A stretch of DNA of 64,000 nt, from positions 96,001 through 160,000 of the forward strand of contig CAWDSK010000002.1 of assembly GCA_963804995.1 (NCBI GenBank), in the 5' to 3' direction. The translations under genes were made by a program, and so were the position numbers. Source of the stretch: an uncultured Acidobacteriota bacterium (GTDB lineage Bacteria > Acidobacteriota > Terriglobia > UBA7540). The first letter of the stretch is position 1. Each line of letters starts with the position of its first letter. The notes below the pieces were generated by a model. That model ran no database searches, was not told the origin of the DNA, and saw only the letters and a list, made by a program, of their open reading frames with translations. Shown here piece by piece: positions 50,045 to 60,910 of this stretch.

Positions 50045-52114
50045 TTACTCATTCCATCCTTCGTGCTCCTGCCAATCCACAATGCGCACGTGCTTCTCTT
50101 CGCGCGGGAGTTCGGAGTAGGTCTTCCGTTCCCCTTCTGCCAGGTTGCCGTCCTGCGATTGATAGATCCAGGTCATTTCCTGCTTTAACGCCGCGGCCTC
50201 TCCGCTCAGGTGGATGGTCACGGGTTCATACTTGTAGGGAGCGGGTTTGAAGCCGCCGGCACCGTAAGCCTGATCGCCCAGCACGATGGTCTGGGGGTTG
50301 AGCAGCTTCTGCTTGAGCATCTCCTGACAAGCTTTGATAACGAACCAGTTCGTGGTGCGATGGTCCACGTGCCGCTCATCGGGATGGGGCAGGGCGATCA
50401 TGGCCGGGTGGAAGGTGGTGATGACTTGTTTGATGGCCTCCAGCACGGCGTCGCGCGCGTACGGCATGTTGGGCTTGTAGACGTGTTCGTAGGGTACGTG
50501 ATCGCAGGCGAGATAAATGGAAAGGAAGGGATCAGAAGATTTCTTGTGCTCGGACCAAATCGCGCCCGATCCGCCGTCCGGCAAGCCCAGGAACTCCAAC
50601 TTATCACGCGAGAGGCCCACGTGTTCGAGCGCCTCGGTGGACTCCGCCATGCGAATCTTGCCGAACTCACGCGCCTCATTGGGGCCGCAGGGCTTGTCGT
50701 AGTAACGCTCACACGCGCCCACATCACCTCCCGTCAGGAAAAGCACCTGAACCGGAATCTTGGCCTCGACCGCCGTGCGGATCAGTCCTGAGTAAGCTTG
50801 TTCATCATCCTCGTGCGCGCAAACGACCAGGAGCGACGCCGGCAATGCGTTCACCGCGATTTCTGTCGTGGTATGAGCGAGCGGCTTGCCCCCTGACTCA
50901 ACAACTTCAAGCTCTACCCGATAAGTTCCGGGCGCGACCGTAGCGGGAATCGCCCACGCGTCCGCAGCCACGGCCTGGGTCTTTCCGGGGGGCAGGTTAA
51001 GGGCGGAAACCAGAGTAGTGGTGTGGAGCTCTTTGCCGGTCATGTCTACGATGCGGGCCCGCAGGTCGGCGCCACTCCACGCTTCCTGCCAGGGATTCTT
51101 CAGAGTGGCCACGATCTTCACGGTGTCTCCGGGACGGTAGAGCGTCTGAGAATGATCCACGGTAATCACCGGAGAACCTTGTCCCGGCGGATAGAAGTCG
51201 CGGTACTTTTTGTAATCAATATCGGAATTGTAGGGATGCGTGAAGTTGCGGCTGTAAGGCTTGGGCACCTCGCGGTCCCAGGTTCGCACGATCGCCGGGG
51301 AAGTGAATTGCATGTCGTAGAGCACCGTGCGGTCGGCGTTCCACACCGCGAGGGTGTACATATCCACTTCCGGTGGGGGGGATTTTTCATTGCGCATGGG
51401 GAGGCCTGAGCCCACCACTTCTTTCAGCTTGCCTTGTAGCAGCGTGGCGGTGCCGGCGGGCATCATGGGGATGGTGACGGCGCCGCCCGCGGGAATGTCC
51501 AAATGATTGCGCAACACTTTTACCGCCAGGTCGGGGTTTTGCTCGCCTTCCTTCGCAAAGAGGGCAATCCAGGGATAGTTGGCGTTTGAGAACTCCACGC
51601 GCAGATCCTTCAGGTCGTGGTCGGACAGGTTCTCGATCGCGACCTCGCAGTTGATGGGCTCACCCACGGTGTAAAAGGTTTTGTCGATGGTGGTACGCGA
51701 AATCCGCACCAGCTTCTTGTAGGCGACAAAGCTGCGAATCTTCTGCCCTGCCATAGGGCGATGCTCGACCCGGTCCTCGACCCGCAAGGTCACCGTATAA
51801 ATTCCGGTGGGGGCCTGGGGAGGAATCGGCCATCCCACTTCATATTCCGCCACGCCCGCTTGCTTGGCGGGAAGCAGGTTCATCTGCACGCTCGTGGTTG
51901 AGGTCGTTCCGTAGTATTGGATTTCGGCGAAGACCACGTAGCGGCTGCCCTCGCCTTTAATTCCGCGCAGCGTGGCGTGAATGTTCGCGAATGATCCGAT
52001 GTTGAATCCTGTGTCCATGGGCGCGCCTTCGAGCGTTATCTCCGCCCCCCAAAGCGGCTGGCCCACTACCAGAAGTCCTCCCACCAGCAAAGTCCACCAC
52101 CACTTGCGCTCCAT
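50045..52114 (-). CDS. Secreted PIG-L/LmbE-family deacetylase with N-terminal Ig-like domains
   Basis: Signal peptide, three beta-rich modules, then AHEDDE, LTGGD, LGLPDG and HVDH motifs. Confidence 0.82.
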   Translation of the reverse strand: MERKWWWTLLVGGLLVVGQPLWGAEITLEGAPMDTGFNIGSFANIHATLRGIKGEGSRYVVFAEIQYYGTTSTTSVQMNLLPAKQAGVAEYEVGWPIPPQAPTGIYTVTLRVEDRVEHRPMAGQKIRSFVAYKKLVRISRTTIDKTFYTVGEPINCEVAIENLSDHDLKDLRVEFSNANYPWIALFAKEGEQNPDLAVKVLRNHLDIPAGGAVTIPMMPAGTATLLQGKLKEVVGSGLPMRNEKSPPPEVDMYTLAVWNADRTVLYDMQFTSPAIVRTWDREVPKPYSRNFTHPYNSDIDYKKYRDFYPPGQGSPVITVDHSQTLYRPGDTVKIVATLKNPWQEAWSGADLRARIVDMTGKELHTTTLVSALNLPPGKTQAVAADAWAIPATVAPGTYRVELEVVESGGKPLAHTTTEIAVNALPASLLVVCAHEDDEQAYSGLIRTAVEAKIPVQVLFLTGGDVGACERYYDKPCGPNEAREFGKIRMAESTEALEHVGLSRDKLEFLGLPDGGSGAIWSEHKKSSDPFLSIYLACDHVPYEHVYKPNMPYARDAVLEAIKQVITTFHPAMIALPHPDERHVDHRTTNWFVIKACQEMLKQKLLNPQTIVLGDQAYGAGGFKPAPYKYEPVTIHLSGEAAALKQEMTWIYQSQDGNLAEGERKTYSELPREEKHVRIVDWQEHEGWNE

Positions 52115-52303
52115 CTTCTCGTCTCCTCACACCCGTTTGGAATGCAACCATTATTGCTGTCACGCCTGATCAGTGCAAAGCAAATTCTGCACAGCCTGCA
52201 AATGGCCTTGCGCCGCCTGCATGTCGCATTTAGAATGGGCCCACGCGATAAGTCCGTGAAACATAGATATCTTCACCCCCGCTGCCAGGCTCCCTTGCAA
52301 GGG

Positions 52304-53143
52304 ATGCGTGTGTTCGGATGGGTTTCGTTACTTGCCCTGTTGCCGGTCTTCGCGAGCTTGATTTTACGGCATGGGCTGGTCCACGCGGCAAGTCCGCGGG
52401 GCTCTGAGAGCAACACGGTTGAGAGCACCTCGCCCACGGCCGCCGCGACTTCGCTTGACCTGTCCTGGCACGACAGCCTGGGCGATGGTTTCCCTGACAG
52501 CGCGCGCTTGGATAACGTCCAGGACCGCATGAACTTTCTCCACTGGCTGACTTTCCTGGCCGAGACACAGTATTACGCCCCTTGGCCGAGTGCGCAGGGG
52601 GAGATTCAGGATTGCGCGGGGCTCATCCGCTTCGCTTACCGCAATTCACTTCTCGCCCACACGCCAGCCTGGCGGAAGGATGCGGGGCTCCCATTCGATC
52701 CTGGATTCGGTGACATCCGAAAGTTCAATTACCCTTACGGACCACTCGGGCGAGCGCTGTTTCGGACCCAGCCCGGCCCTTCAGGCCCGGAAGACCTTAC
52801 CAGAGGTGCTTTTGCGGAGTTTGCCGACAGCTCAACACTGCTGCGGTACAACACGTTTCCAATAGCACGCGACCTTCGGGCCGCGCGGCCCGGCGACCTG
52901 TTGTTCTTTCACCAAACTGTTGAGCGGGAGCCTTTCCATACCATGTTGTTCGTCGGCAGATCGTACTACCAGCCGCAGGCCTCCGATTGGATCGTTTATC
53001 ACACGGGAGACATTAACGGCCACCGGGGCGAGATTCGCGAGGTGCGCGCGGCTACCTTATTCGAACATCCCGACCCGCGCTGGAGGCCGCTCGCGAGCAA
53101 CCCCAATTTTCTGGGAGTCTATCGCCTGGAAATTTTGCGTTAG
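52304..53143 (+). CDS. DUF1175 (YfaT-like) protein
   Basis: DCAGLIRFAY, PGDLLFF, YHTG and WRP...NPNFLGVYR motifs; upstream of the macroglobulin gene. Start uncertain. Confidence 0.85.
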   Translation: MRVFGWVSLLALLPVFASLILRHGLVHAASPRGSESNTVESTSPTAAATSLDLSWHDSLGDGFPDSARLDNVQDRMNFLHWLTFLAETQYYAPWPSAQGEIQDCAGLIRFAYRNSLLAHTPAWRKDAGLPFDPGFGDIRKFNYPYGPLGRALFRTQPGPSGPEDLTRGAFAEFADSSTLLRYNTFPIARDLRAARPGDLLFFHQTVEREPFHTMLFVGRSYYQPQASDWIVYHTGDINGHRGEIREVRAATLFEHPDPRWRPLASNPNFLGVYRLEILR

Positions 53144-53223
53144 CGGTTGTGGGGGTACGGGTTGCCGTACCCGCTTAGTTCGGTCGCGCGATAAAGAAGA
53201 TGAGGAGAGCCAATGTCCCACCC

Positions 53224-53324
53224 TGTCATCCTGAGCGCAGCGAAGGACCCCTGTAGTTCGTAGCGGTTGGTGCACAGAGCAAACTACGGGGGTTCTTCGC
53301 CCAAAATGCGGGCTCAGAATGACA
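53224..53324. repeat. Palindromic extragenic repeat (TGTCATCCTGAGC...GCTCAGAATGACA)
   Basis: Inverted termini TGTCATCCTGAGC / GCTCAGAATGACA with internal arms ACCCCTGTAGTT / AACTACGGGGGT. Confidence 0.7.
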
Positions 53325-53341
53325 ACGCAAGCAATGCTCTC

Positions 53342-56300
53342 ATGAATGGCGACGTGCACTATCACGGCAGTACATCGCGAAAAGCCTCTTCATCACGAGG
53401 GGCCCGTGGAGCTGCCAGTGCAGCCCTGGTGGCCGCACTTCTGCTTGCGGGCCTGTTTGTAGCGCCCCGCGCGGCCCTGGCGCAAGAAGAAACCCCCTCC
53501 ACCGAACCATCCTTTTCGATCTCCTCGCGCCAAACATTCGCGCCTTCCCAGCAGCCGAAGGTCTGGATTAGCTTCCGCCAGGTTGACCATTTGGATTTCC
53601 GGGTCTATCGCGTGAAGGACCCCATTCAGTTCTTCTCCAAACTGAAAGACGCCCATACTTTCGGCAGCGAGAAGGCGGAATTGGCCCGCGAGAAAACCTG
53701 GCTCGAGCGTCTTCATGATTGGAAGCGTGACCTGCGATCGAGGATCCGGGATTTCTTCCGCGCGCAAGTGCGCTTTGAAACGCGCTTGCAAATCCACGCC
53801 TCGCACGTGCAGGGGCGGAAACTTCAGCGCATTCCCCTGGACGTTGCGGCTTACGCGCAGGTGCCGCTCCTGAACCGCGAGCAACTCGTGCTCGGCTGGC
53901 GGGAACTTGTGCCCAAGACGCGGGACTCGGAGTTCCAGGAAATCCCCGTCGATATTCACGAGAGGGGTTTGTACCTGGTGGAGGTGGCGTACCGCGAGCT
54001 GCGCGCCTACACCTTGGTGATGGTCACCGACCTGGCGCTGGTTTCGAAAACGGCGCCGGGGCAGGTGCTGCTGTTTGTGGCACGGCGGGACTCCGGCACA
54101 CCCGTGGCAGGCGCCCAGGCTGCAATCTTTAACAACCATCAGGAGCTGGCACGGGGCACGACGGACGCTTCCGGCATCTTTCAAACCACCTTCCAGCAAA
54201 TCAAGGTCGATAACTCCATCATGGTGGCGGTGGCCGATCAAGATGTGGCGGCGACCAGCATCGAGCCTTTCCTCTTCTTCGACACTTCGGCGACGGACTA
54301 CCTGGGCTATATCTACACCGACCGTCCCGTCTATCGTCCGACGCACACGGTAAATTTCAAGGGTATCGTGCGGGCGCGACGCAGCGGTCAGTTTAGCGTC
54401 GACGTGCCGGGGCCGATCACAGTCGAAATCACCGATCCCAACCAGAAGACCGTCTATCAACAGAAACTCAACGTCTCCCCATTCGGTTCGTTCCACGGTA
54501 CGATCACGCTCGGCCCGCTGGCGGCGCTGGGTGAGTACGGCGTCACGGCGCACATTGGCGAAAAGCGCGTGTACGGGTCATTCGAGGTTCAGGAATACAA
54601 GAAGCCGGAATATGAAGTCGCGGTTTCGACGGAGAAGAGCCGGTACCTTCAAGGCGAGACGATCCAGGCCACCATCAGCGCGCGTTACTATTTTGGCGCG
54701 CCGGTTTCGAACGCCCGCGTGAAATATTCTGTCTTCCGCTCGAGCTATCAATTTCCCTACTGGCGAATCCTCTGGGGTGACGAAGCGTACGAAGGGGACG
54801 AAGGCGAAGGGAATTACAATGAAGATTACTTCGGCGAGGAGATTAGCCAGGGCACGGGTCAATTGGATGCGGACGGTGTGCTGCACGTCTCCCTGCCTAC
54901 AGAAGTTGATAAGCAGAAGCACGACTGTCGCTATCGCATCGAAGCGCATGTGACCGACGCCAGCAATCGCGAAATCTTGGGCGGGCATGGCGTGCTGGTC
55001 ACGTACTCGACAGTCGTGGTCTTGTTGGAGACGGATCGCTACGTTTATGCTCCCGGCCAGCGAGCGGAGATTACCGTCCGCACCCTGGACTACGACTCCA
55101 ACCCCGTCTCGACCAACGTCCAGCTTCAGTTTGAAAGCCACGAGAGTTGGGGCTCCGAGGCGCAACGGCGGGTTTTGTCACAGGTGAGTGTGTCGACCGA
55201 CGCCAACGGCTTGGGGCACACTACCTACACCGTTCCCAAGGTTCCCTGGCTCACCCTTCACGCCAGCACCTTCGATCGCAACCAGCGCGAGGCAAGTTTC
55301 GAAAGTAGCCTGTGGATTGCCGGCGCGGGATTCTTTGCCGGCGAGATCCAATACCGCCGCGTCGATCTCTTCCCCGACAAGCATTCATACAAGCCCGGCG
55401 ATACCGCGCACGTGTTGATTGTGACCCATGAACCGGGTGCGCAGGTGCTGGTGACCTCCGAAGGCCAGCAGGTTTACTCATGGTCCGTGCACACGGCGCC
55501 CGGCGATTCGCTGACAGTCAACGTCCCCATTGAGGAGCGTTTCGAACCGAATTTTTTTGTCAATGTGGCCTTCATAAAGAGCGAGCAACTGTTCGAAAGC
55601 TCGAAGAACCTCTCGGTGCCGGCGGTCGAGAAAGTCCTGAAGGTCACGGTTGAAACCGACAAGCCACAATACCGGCCCGGCGATCAGGTGACGTACACCC
55701 TGACGGCGCAAGATCAGCAGGGGCACCCCGTGAGCGCGGAGTTGAGCTTGGGCGTCGTGGATGAAGCCATCTACGCGATTCGACCGGACATTGTTCAGCC
55801 TCCTGAAAAAGTGTTCTACGCGCGCGAGTGGGACCGCGTCTTTACCCAATTCTCGACTGCTTACTGGTTCACTGGCTATTCGGGGCGGCATAAGATGGAT
55901 CTCGCCCAGCTTCGCGGGCCCACGCGCCTCGCGGATTTCAAGAACCCGGGGATGGTCCAGCCCAAAGTTCGCAAGTTCTTCCCTGACACCATCCAGTGGC
56001 TGCCCACGCTGGTGACGGATTCAAGCGGCAAGGCGCGCGCGACTTTCAACTTTCCGGATTCGCTCACCACCTGGCGGGCCACGGTACGCGCCTTTACTCG
56101 CAACACGCTGGTGGGCCAGGTGGTGGGAAAGGTAATCACGCGCAAAAACCTGATCCTGCGCCTGGAAACTCCCCGCTTTATGGATCAGGGCGATACGGCG
56201 ACGCTGACCGGAATCGTGCACAATTATCTCGCGACAGACAAGACCGCGAAGGTCTCGCTCTCGGCAGAAGGTGTGGAGGTGGCCAGCCCGGCGGAAGCCA

Positions 56301-58075
56301 CCGTGAACATTCCCAAAAACGGCGAGGCCGTGGTCACCTGGAACGTACGCTCGCCCAAGATTGCCCAGGCGAAGTTGCTGGCCAAGGCGCTGACCGATGA
56401 AGAATCGGACGCCGTCGAACTGGAGATGCCGGTGGAGCCCTGGGGGCTTCAGCAGAGCGTGGCGCAATCCGGAGCGCTGCGCATCGACAAGGATGAAATC
56501 ACGCGCGCCCTGGTTCTGCCGCAGGATATTAACGCCGACGCCTCCGCGCTGCGCATCGACGTGTCTCCTTCGATAGCCGGCACGCTGATGTCTGCGCTGG
56601 ATTTCCTGGCCACCTATCCTTACGGGTGCGTCGAGCAGACCATGTCGAGCTTCCTGCCCAACATCCTGGTGATGAAAGCCGTGAAAGATTTGGGGCTCAC
56701 CCCACCCCCGGCTTCCGCCGAACTGGAAAAGAAGATCGCCGCCGGACTCGAGCGTCTCTACATGTTCCAGCACGACGATGGCGGATGGGGCTGGTGGCAA
56801 ACGGACGAGACGCATCCTTTCATGACCGCTTATGTGGTGGCAGGGTTGGCGCAGGCGAAGGCGGCAGGCTACCCGGTCGATGAGCAGCGCCTAAAGCGCG
56901 GCCGGGAATCGCTCCTCAAGCAAATTAAGGAGAATCCCCGCGCGCTCGCGGACATCCGCGTTTACATGATTTACGCGCTGGCCCTCAGCGGCGACATTGA
57001 TCACGCGCTAGTGGAAGACTTGTATTCCGCGCGCGAGAAATTCTCCACGCACGGGCAGGCGTTAATGGCGCTGCTGCTAATGCAACTCAAGGATTCGCGC
57101 GCGCAGGAATTCGTGAAACTACTAGAAAGCAGGGCCCACTCCCAAGGTCCCTTCGTTTGGTGGAAATCTGAACGGGAGGCCATGCTCAACTTCTCCTCAG
57201 ACAATTCTTTTGAAACCACCGCGTACGCGCTCAAGGCGCTGGCGAACCTCGACCCGAAGAGTGACCTGTTGCCTCGCGCCACGCGCTGGCTGATTGAACA
57301 TCGCTCGGATGGCTACTACTGGGATTCCACGGAGCAGACCGCGACCGCCATTTACGGTTTGATCGACTACCTCAAGATTTCCGGCGAACTCAAACCCAAT
57401 TACACGCTGACTGTGTATCTGAACGGGCAGAAGCTCACCGAACGGACCATCACAGAAAAGGATGTAGCAAGCCCATCTCCCCTCACGCTCACGACCGGTG
57501 CGCCGCAGGTGCACGCGGGCTCGAACGAGGTCCGAATCGTAAAGTTGGGCGCGGGCGTGCTCTACTGGTCGGCGGCGGCTTCATACTTCTCGCGCGAGCC
57601 GAAGCCTGCGCCTGCGGGCAGCGCTGCATTGAACGTCCTGCGCGATTACTTCAAGCTGGTGCCGGAGCGGTTGAACAATCGCATCGTCTATTCCGAGCAG
57701 CCGCTTGCGGGCCCCGTAGAGAGTGGCGATGTGATCGTGGTACGCCTGACCGTCAGCACCACGCAGGATGAGCAGTACTTGCAGATTGAGGACCCGATTC
57801 CGGCGGGCCTCGAGTTCATCGAGCAGGAAGGCTTGTACGAGCTCAAGGAAAAACCGCCTTGGTGGGATTTCTATTACACGCAGCGCGAATTTCACGATGA
57901 CCGCGCCGCGCTGTTCTCCACCACGTTCCGGCGGGGGCAGGGGCAGTTCCACTATCTCCTGAAGGCCTTGACACCGGGAACCTTTCAGGCGAATCCGGCT
58001 CGCGTGCTGCCCATGTACGAACCCGCTCGGCAGGCGTCGACACACGCGGCCACCGTGACCGTAACGGGGCACTAG
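53342..58075 (+). CDS. Bacterial alpha-2-macroglobulin family protein
   Basis: TDRPVYRP, EYKKPEY, VDEAI, PDSLTTW, thioester motif PYGCVEQ and DGGWGWW. Start uncertain. Confidence 0.93.
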   Translation: MNGDVHYHGSTSRKASSSRGARGAASAALVAALLLAGLFVAPRAALAQEETPSTEPSFSISSRQTFAPSQQPKVWISFRQVDHLDFRVYRVKDPIQFFSKLKDAHTFGSEKAELAREKTWLERLHDWKRDLRSRIRDFFRAQVRFETRLQIHASHVQGRKLQRIPLDVAAYAQVPLLNREQLVLGWRELVPKTRDSEFQEIPVDIHERGLYLVEVAYRELRAYTLVMVTDLALVSKTAPGQVLLFVARRDSGTPVAGAQAAIFNNHQELARGTTDASGIFQTTFQQIKVDNSIMVAVADQDVAATSIEPFLFFDTSATDYLGYIYTDRPVYRPTHTVNFKGIVRARRSGQFSVDVPGPITVEITDPNQKTVYQQKLNVSPFGSFHGTITLGPLAALGEYGVTAHIGEKRVYGSFEVQEYKKPEYEVAVSTEKSRYLQGETIQATISARYYFGAPVSNARVKYSVFRSSYQFPYWRILWGDEAYEGDEGEGNYNEDYFGEEISQGTGQLDADGVLHVSLPTEVDKQKHDCRYRIEAHVTDASNREILGGHGVLVTYSTVVVLLETDRYVYAPGQRAEITVRTLDYDSNPVSTNVQLQFESHESWGSEAQRRVLSQVSVSTDANGLGHTTYTVPKVPWLTLHASTFDRNQREASFESSLWIAGAGFFAGEIQYRRVDLFPDKHSYKPGDTAHVLIVTHEPGAQVLVTSEGQQVYSWSVHTAPGDSLTVNVPIEERFEPNFFVNVAFIKSEQLFESSKNLSVPAVEKVLKVTVETDKPQYRPGDQVTYTLTAQDQQGHPVSAELSLGVVDEAIYAIRPDIVQPPEKVFYAREWDRVFTQFSTAYWFTGYSGRHKMDLAQLRGPTRLADFKNPGMVQPKVRKFFPDTIQWLPTLVTDSSGKARATFNFPDSLTTWRATVRAFTRNTLVGQVVGKVITRKNLILRLETPRFMDQGDTATLTGIVHNYLATDKTAKVSLSAEGVEVASPAEATVNIPKNGEAVVTWNVRSPKIAQAKLLAKALTDEESDAVELEMPVEPWGLQQSVAQSGALRIDKDEITRALVLPQDINADASALRIDVSPSIAGTLMSALDFLATYPYGCVEQTMSSFLPNILVMKAVKDLGLTPPPASAELEKKIAAGLERLYMFQHDDGGWGWWQTDETHPFMTAYVVAGLAQAKAAGYPVDEQRLKRGRESLLKQIKENPRALADIRVYMIYALALSGDIDHALVEDLYSAREKFSTHGQALMALLLMQLKDSRAQEFVKLLESRAHSQGPFVWWKSEREAMLNFSSDNSFETTAYALKALANLDPKSDLLPRATRWLIEHRSDGYYWDSTEQTATAIYGLIDYLKISGELKPNYTLTVYLNGQKLTERTITEKDVASPSPLTLTTGAPQVHAGSNEVRIVKLGAGVLYWSAAASYFSREPKPAPAGSAALNVLRDYFKLVPERLNNRIVYSEQPLAGPVESGDVIVVRLTVSTTQDEQYLQIEDPIPAGLEFIEQEGLYELKEKPPWWDFYYTQREFHDDRAALFSTTFRRGQGQFHYLLKALTPGTFQANPARVLPMYEPARQASTHAATVTVTGH

Positions 58076-58138
58076 GAAAGAAAAGCGGTCAGCTAAGGAA
58101 TTAGCTGACAGCGGAATACTGATCGCTGGAAGCTAACA

Positions 58139-58936
58139 ATGAAGAAAGCCTTTGCAGCCTGGACGTGGAGCTTGGCGGTGGTGGTGCGCAGTTATTGGAT
58201 CCTGCTCGCGCTGGCCACGCTCATCGCGCTGTGGGCATGGGCAGCTTACGAATGGCTGGGGCTGCCGGAGTCCTCCGGGTTGCTGCTGTTGCTCGCGCTG
58301 GTCTGGGCCATCATTCAGCTTCTGGCGCTGGTGGGTATCATCACGGCGAACGTGTCTGGCACAGCCGAGGTGGCTGTTTCGGAGGGTAGAACATTGCCGT
58401 TCGGGGCTCTCTGCCTTAGTGATCGAAAAAAGCTTCTCAAAGCTCTGATATTTTCCCTCGCGAGTTGCTGCCTCGTGTGGTTAGTCGCAGCCGTTTTTGA
58501 CTGGATCAACAATCACTCCGTTGAGGTTGCATCCTTCCTGACCTTTCATTCCCAGAAACCCGTCAGTCATGTGCTCATCGAAAATATTTACCGGATCATT
58601 GAGGCGCTGCTGTGGATTGTATTGGGAGGTTTCCTCCTCAGCTTCCTGCACGTGCTTCTGCATGACGGTTGGCGCGAGGCGCGGAAGCAGATGTGGAAAC
58701 TCCTGGCAGGATGCACCTTCCACACTCCCTTCTGGACGAGCTTGCTGAGTGTTGTGGTATTTGGTGGCTTGGCCTATGAGCTGGCGAATTGGCATCCCAA
58801 AGCTTCTGTGGGTTTCTGGGATTACACCCAGATGATCACGCGATTCGCTCTCGTGCTTATCCTGCTTGCCGCTGGATGGTTGTTCTGGCTGCTCTCCCTG
58901 GCGCGACTGTATTTCCCGAAACAAGAGAATTCGTGA
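58139..58936 (+). CDS. Multi-pass membrane protein of the macroglobulin locus
   Basis: 265 aa with about 6 hydrophobic segments. Confidence 0.75.
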   Translation: MKKAFAAWTWSLAVVVRSYWILLALATLIALWAWAAYEWLGLPESSGLLLLLALVWAIIQLLALVGIITANVSGTAEVAVSEGRTLPFGALCLSDRKKLLKALIFSLASCCLVWLVAAVFDWINNHSVEVASFLTFHSQKPVSHVLIENIYRIIEALLWIVLGGFLLSFLHVLLHDGWREARKQMWKLLAGCTFHTPFWTSLLSVVVFGGLAYELANWHPKASVGFWDYTQMITRFALVLILLAAGWLFWLLSLARLYFPKQENS

Positions 58937-59179
58937 TTTCATCCGGGCGGATTATTGCCCCGCGTATCCGTGTTGAAGATTGCAAAAAAACTTCTGACCT
59001 TAGTGGTAATCTGTATTGGTGCGGGGTTAGCGCGGGGGCAGCGACTGGCATTTGACGCAACTTTTTCCTTCTAACAGGGTTTAACTAGTCTGAGGGCGGA
59101 CCACCGCAAGAGGCGGCAGACGATTCCACAGACCGCGTGAAAGGGAACGCGCGGGCGTTCCTGTCTGCCCAAGGCGGGC

Positions 59180-60847
59180 ATGAAGAAGGATTCTTTCATG
59201 AAAGAAGATTGGACCACACCGCTGCCTGCAAGCGTAACTGCCTGGCATTTCCTCAGCCGCATCAGTTTCGGTCCGCGGCCCGCGGAATTGGAACGCTTGA
59301 AGCAGGTCGGCATGGAAAGTTACCTGGATGAGCAACTCCACCCTGAGAAGATCAATGACTCCGAGGTGGCGCAGCGAATTTCTTCCCTGCCTACTCTCAC
59401 GATGAGCCCCGCGGAACTCATGGAGGATTTCCCTCCGCGCAAACAACCGAACAATCCTGTGGCCAAGCAACCTGGCAGAGATGAGAACGTGGCCACGCCG
59501 CCCACCGAGGGTGGCGCGTCCATGCAGCCAGAATCCCCAATGCATCCGGCGATGGAAGAAGATAAGCCGCGCCAGATCATCCTGGAACTGGCACGCGAAC
59601 AATTCTGGCGCGCAGCTTATAGCAATCGGCAGCTTCAAGAAATCATGGTTCATTTCTGGATGAACCATTTCAACGTATATGCCGCCAAGGGAGTCGACAA
59701 GTGGCTCCTCACCTCCTTCGAGCAGGATTCCATCCGGCCCAACGCCCTGGGTAGATTCGAGGATTTGCTCGCGGCCACCGCCAAAAGTCCCGCGATGCTT
59801 TTCTATCTGGATAACTGGCTGAGCGTCTCCCCCAACATGGTTTCCGGCGCATTTCACCCGCGGCCCGCAAGGACTCCCTTCGGTTTTGGCCGCGCCAACG
59901 CTTCAGCCATGGCCCGGATGGCAAACCGCCAGCCGGCCGGGGCCGAGCGACGCGGTTTGAACGAAAACTACGGCCGCGAACTCATGGAACTTCACACCTT
60001 GGGGGTGGATGGCGGCTACACGCAGGGTGACGTAAGGGATGTGGCACGATGCTTTACAGGTTGGACGATTGACCGGCCGCGGCAAGGCGGGGGATTCATC
60101 TTCCGGCCGCGATTCCACGATTACGGCGAGAAGGTGGTCTTGGGGCACAAGATCAAGGCGGGGGGCGGGGTGGAGGACGGGATGGAAGTTCTCCAGTTGC
60201 TCGCCGCGCATCCTTCCACCGCGCATTTCATTTCGTTCAAACTTTGCCGCCACTTCGTCGCGGACGAACCCCCGGCCTCCGTCGTGGACCGTGCCACGCG
60301 AACCTTCACTCAAACCCAGGGTGACATGCGCGCCGTCTTGAAGAGGATCCTGACGTCGCCGGAGTTCAACTCGCAAGCCGCATTCCGCGCCAAGGTCAAA
60401 TCGCCATTCGAAGTTGTGGCGAGTTCGCTCGAACGCTCGGCGGGGAAACCGACGGCGGCGCGCCGCTGATGATGTCGATTGTGCGCATGGGGCAGCCGCT
60501 ATTTCTCTATCAGGCCCCTACGGGTTTTCCGGACCGGGCGAGCAGCTGGATTAACTCCGGAACGCTGCTGGCGCGCATGAACTTCGCGCTTGCCTTGGCC
60601 ACCAACCGGATTCGGGGTACGCAAGTCGACCTCCCAAGTGCTACGCCGACGGATGACGCCCAGGCTGTTTGGGTCAGTTGGTGCGGCGAACGCTCGGCGG
60701 GAGCGTCTCCCAGGAAACGCGAGCTGCAGTTCATTAAGAGTCTGGATGATTTGAGCAAAGGGCCGGGAGGCAATCTAGAGCGCATTCCCGGCGAGCACGA
60801 TCGTGGTGGCCTTGCTTCTCGGGTCACCGGATTTCCAGCGCCGGTAG
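59180..60847 (+). CDS. DUF1800-family protein, frameshifted near 60430 and 60670-60810
   Basis: FWMNHFN, PAMLFYLDN, NENYGRELMELHTLG and VKSPFE motifs. Other frames give GQPLF..PTGF and the terminal LLLGSPDFQRR*. Confidence 0.85.
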
Positions 60848-60910
60848 CGCTGGTGGATTTGGTCCGAAGCCCGAGTGCGAGCCGGGTCCATGTTTGTAGG
60901 TGAGGCAACG

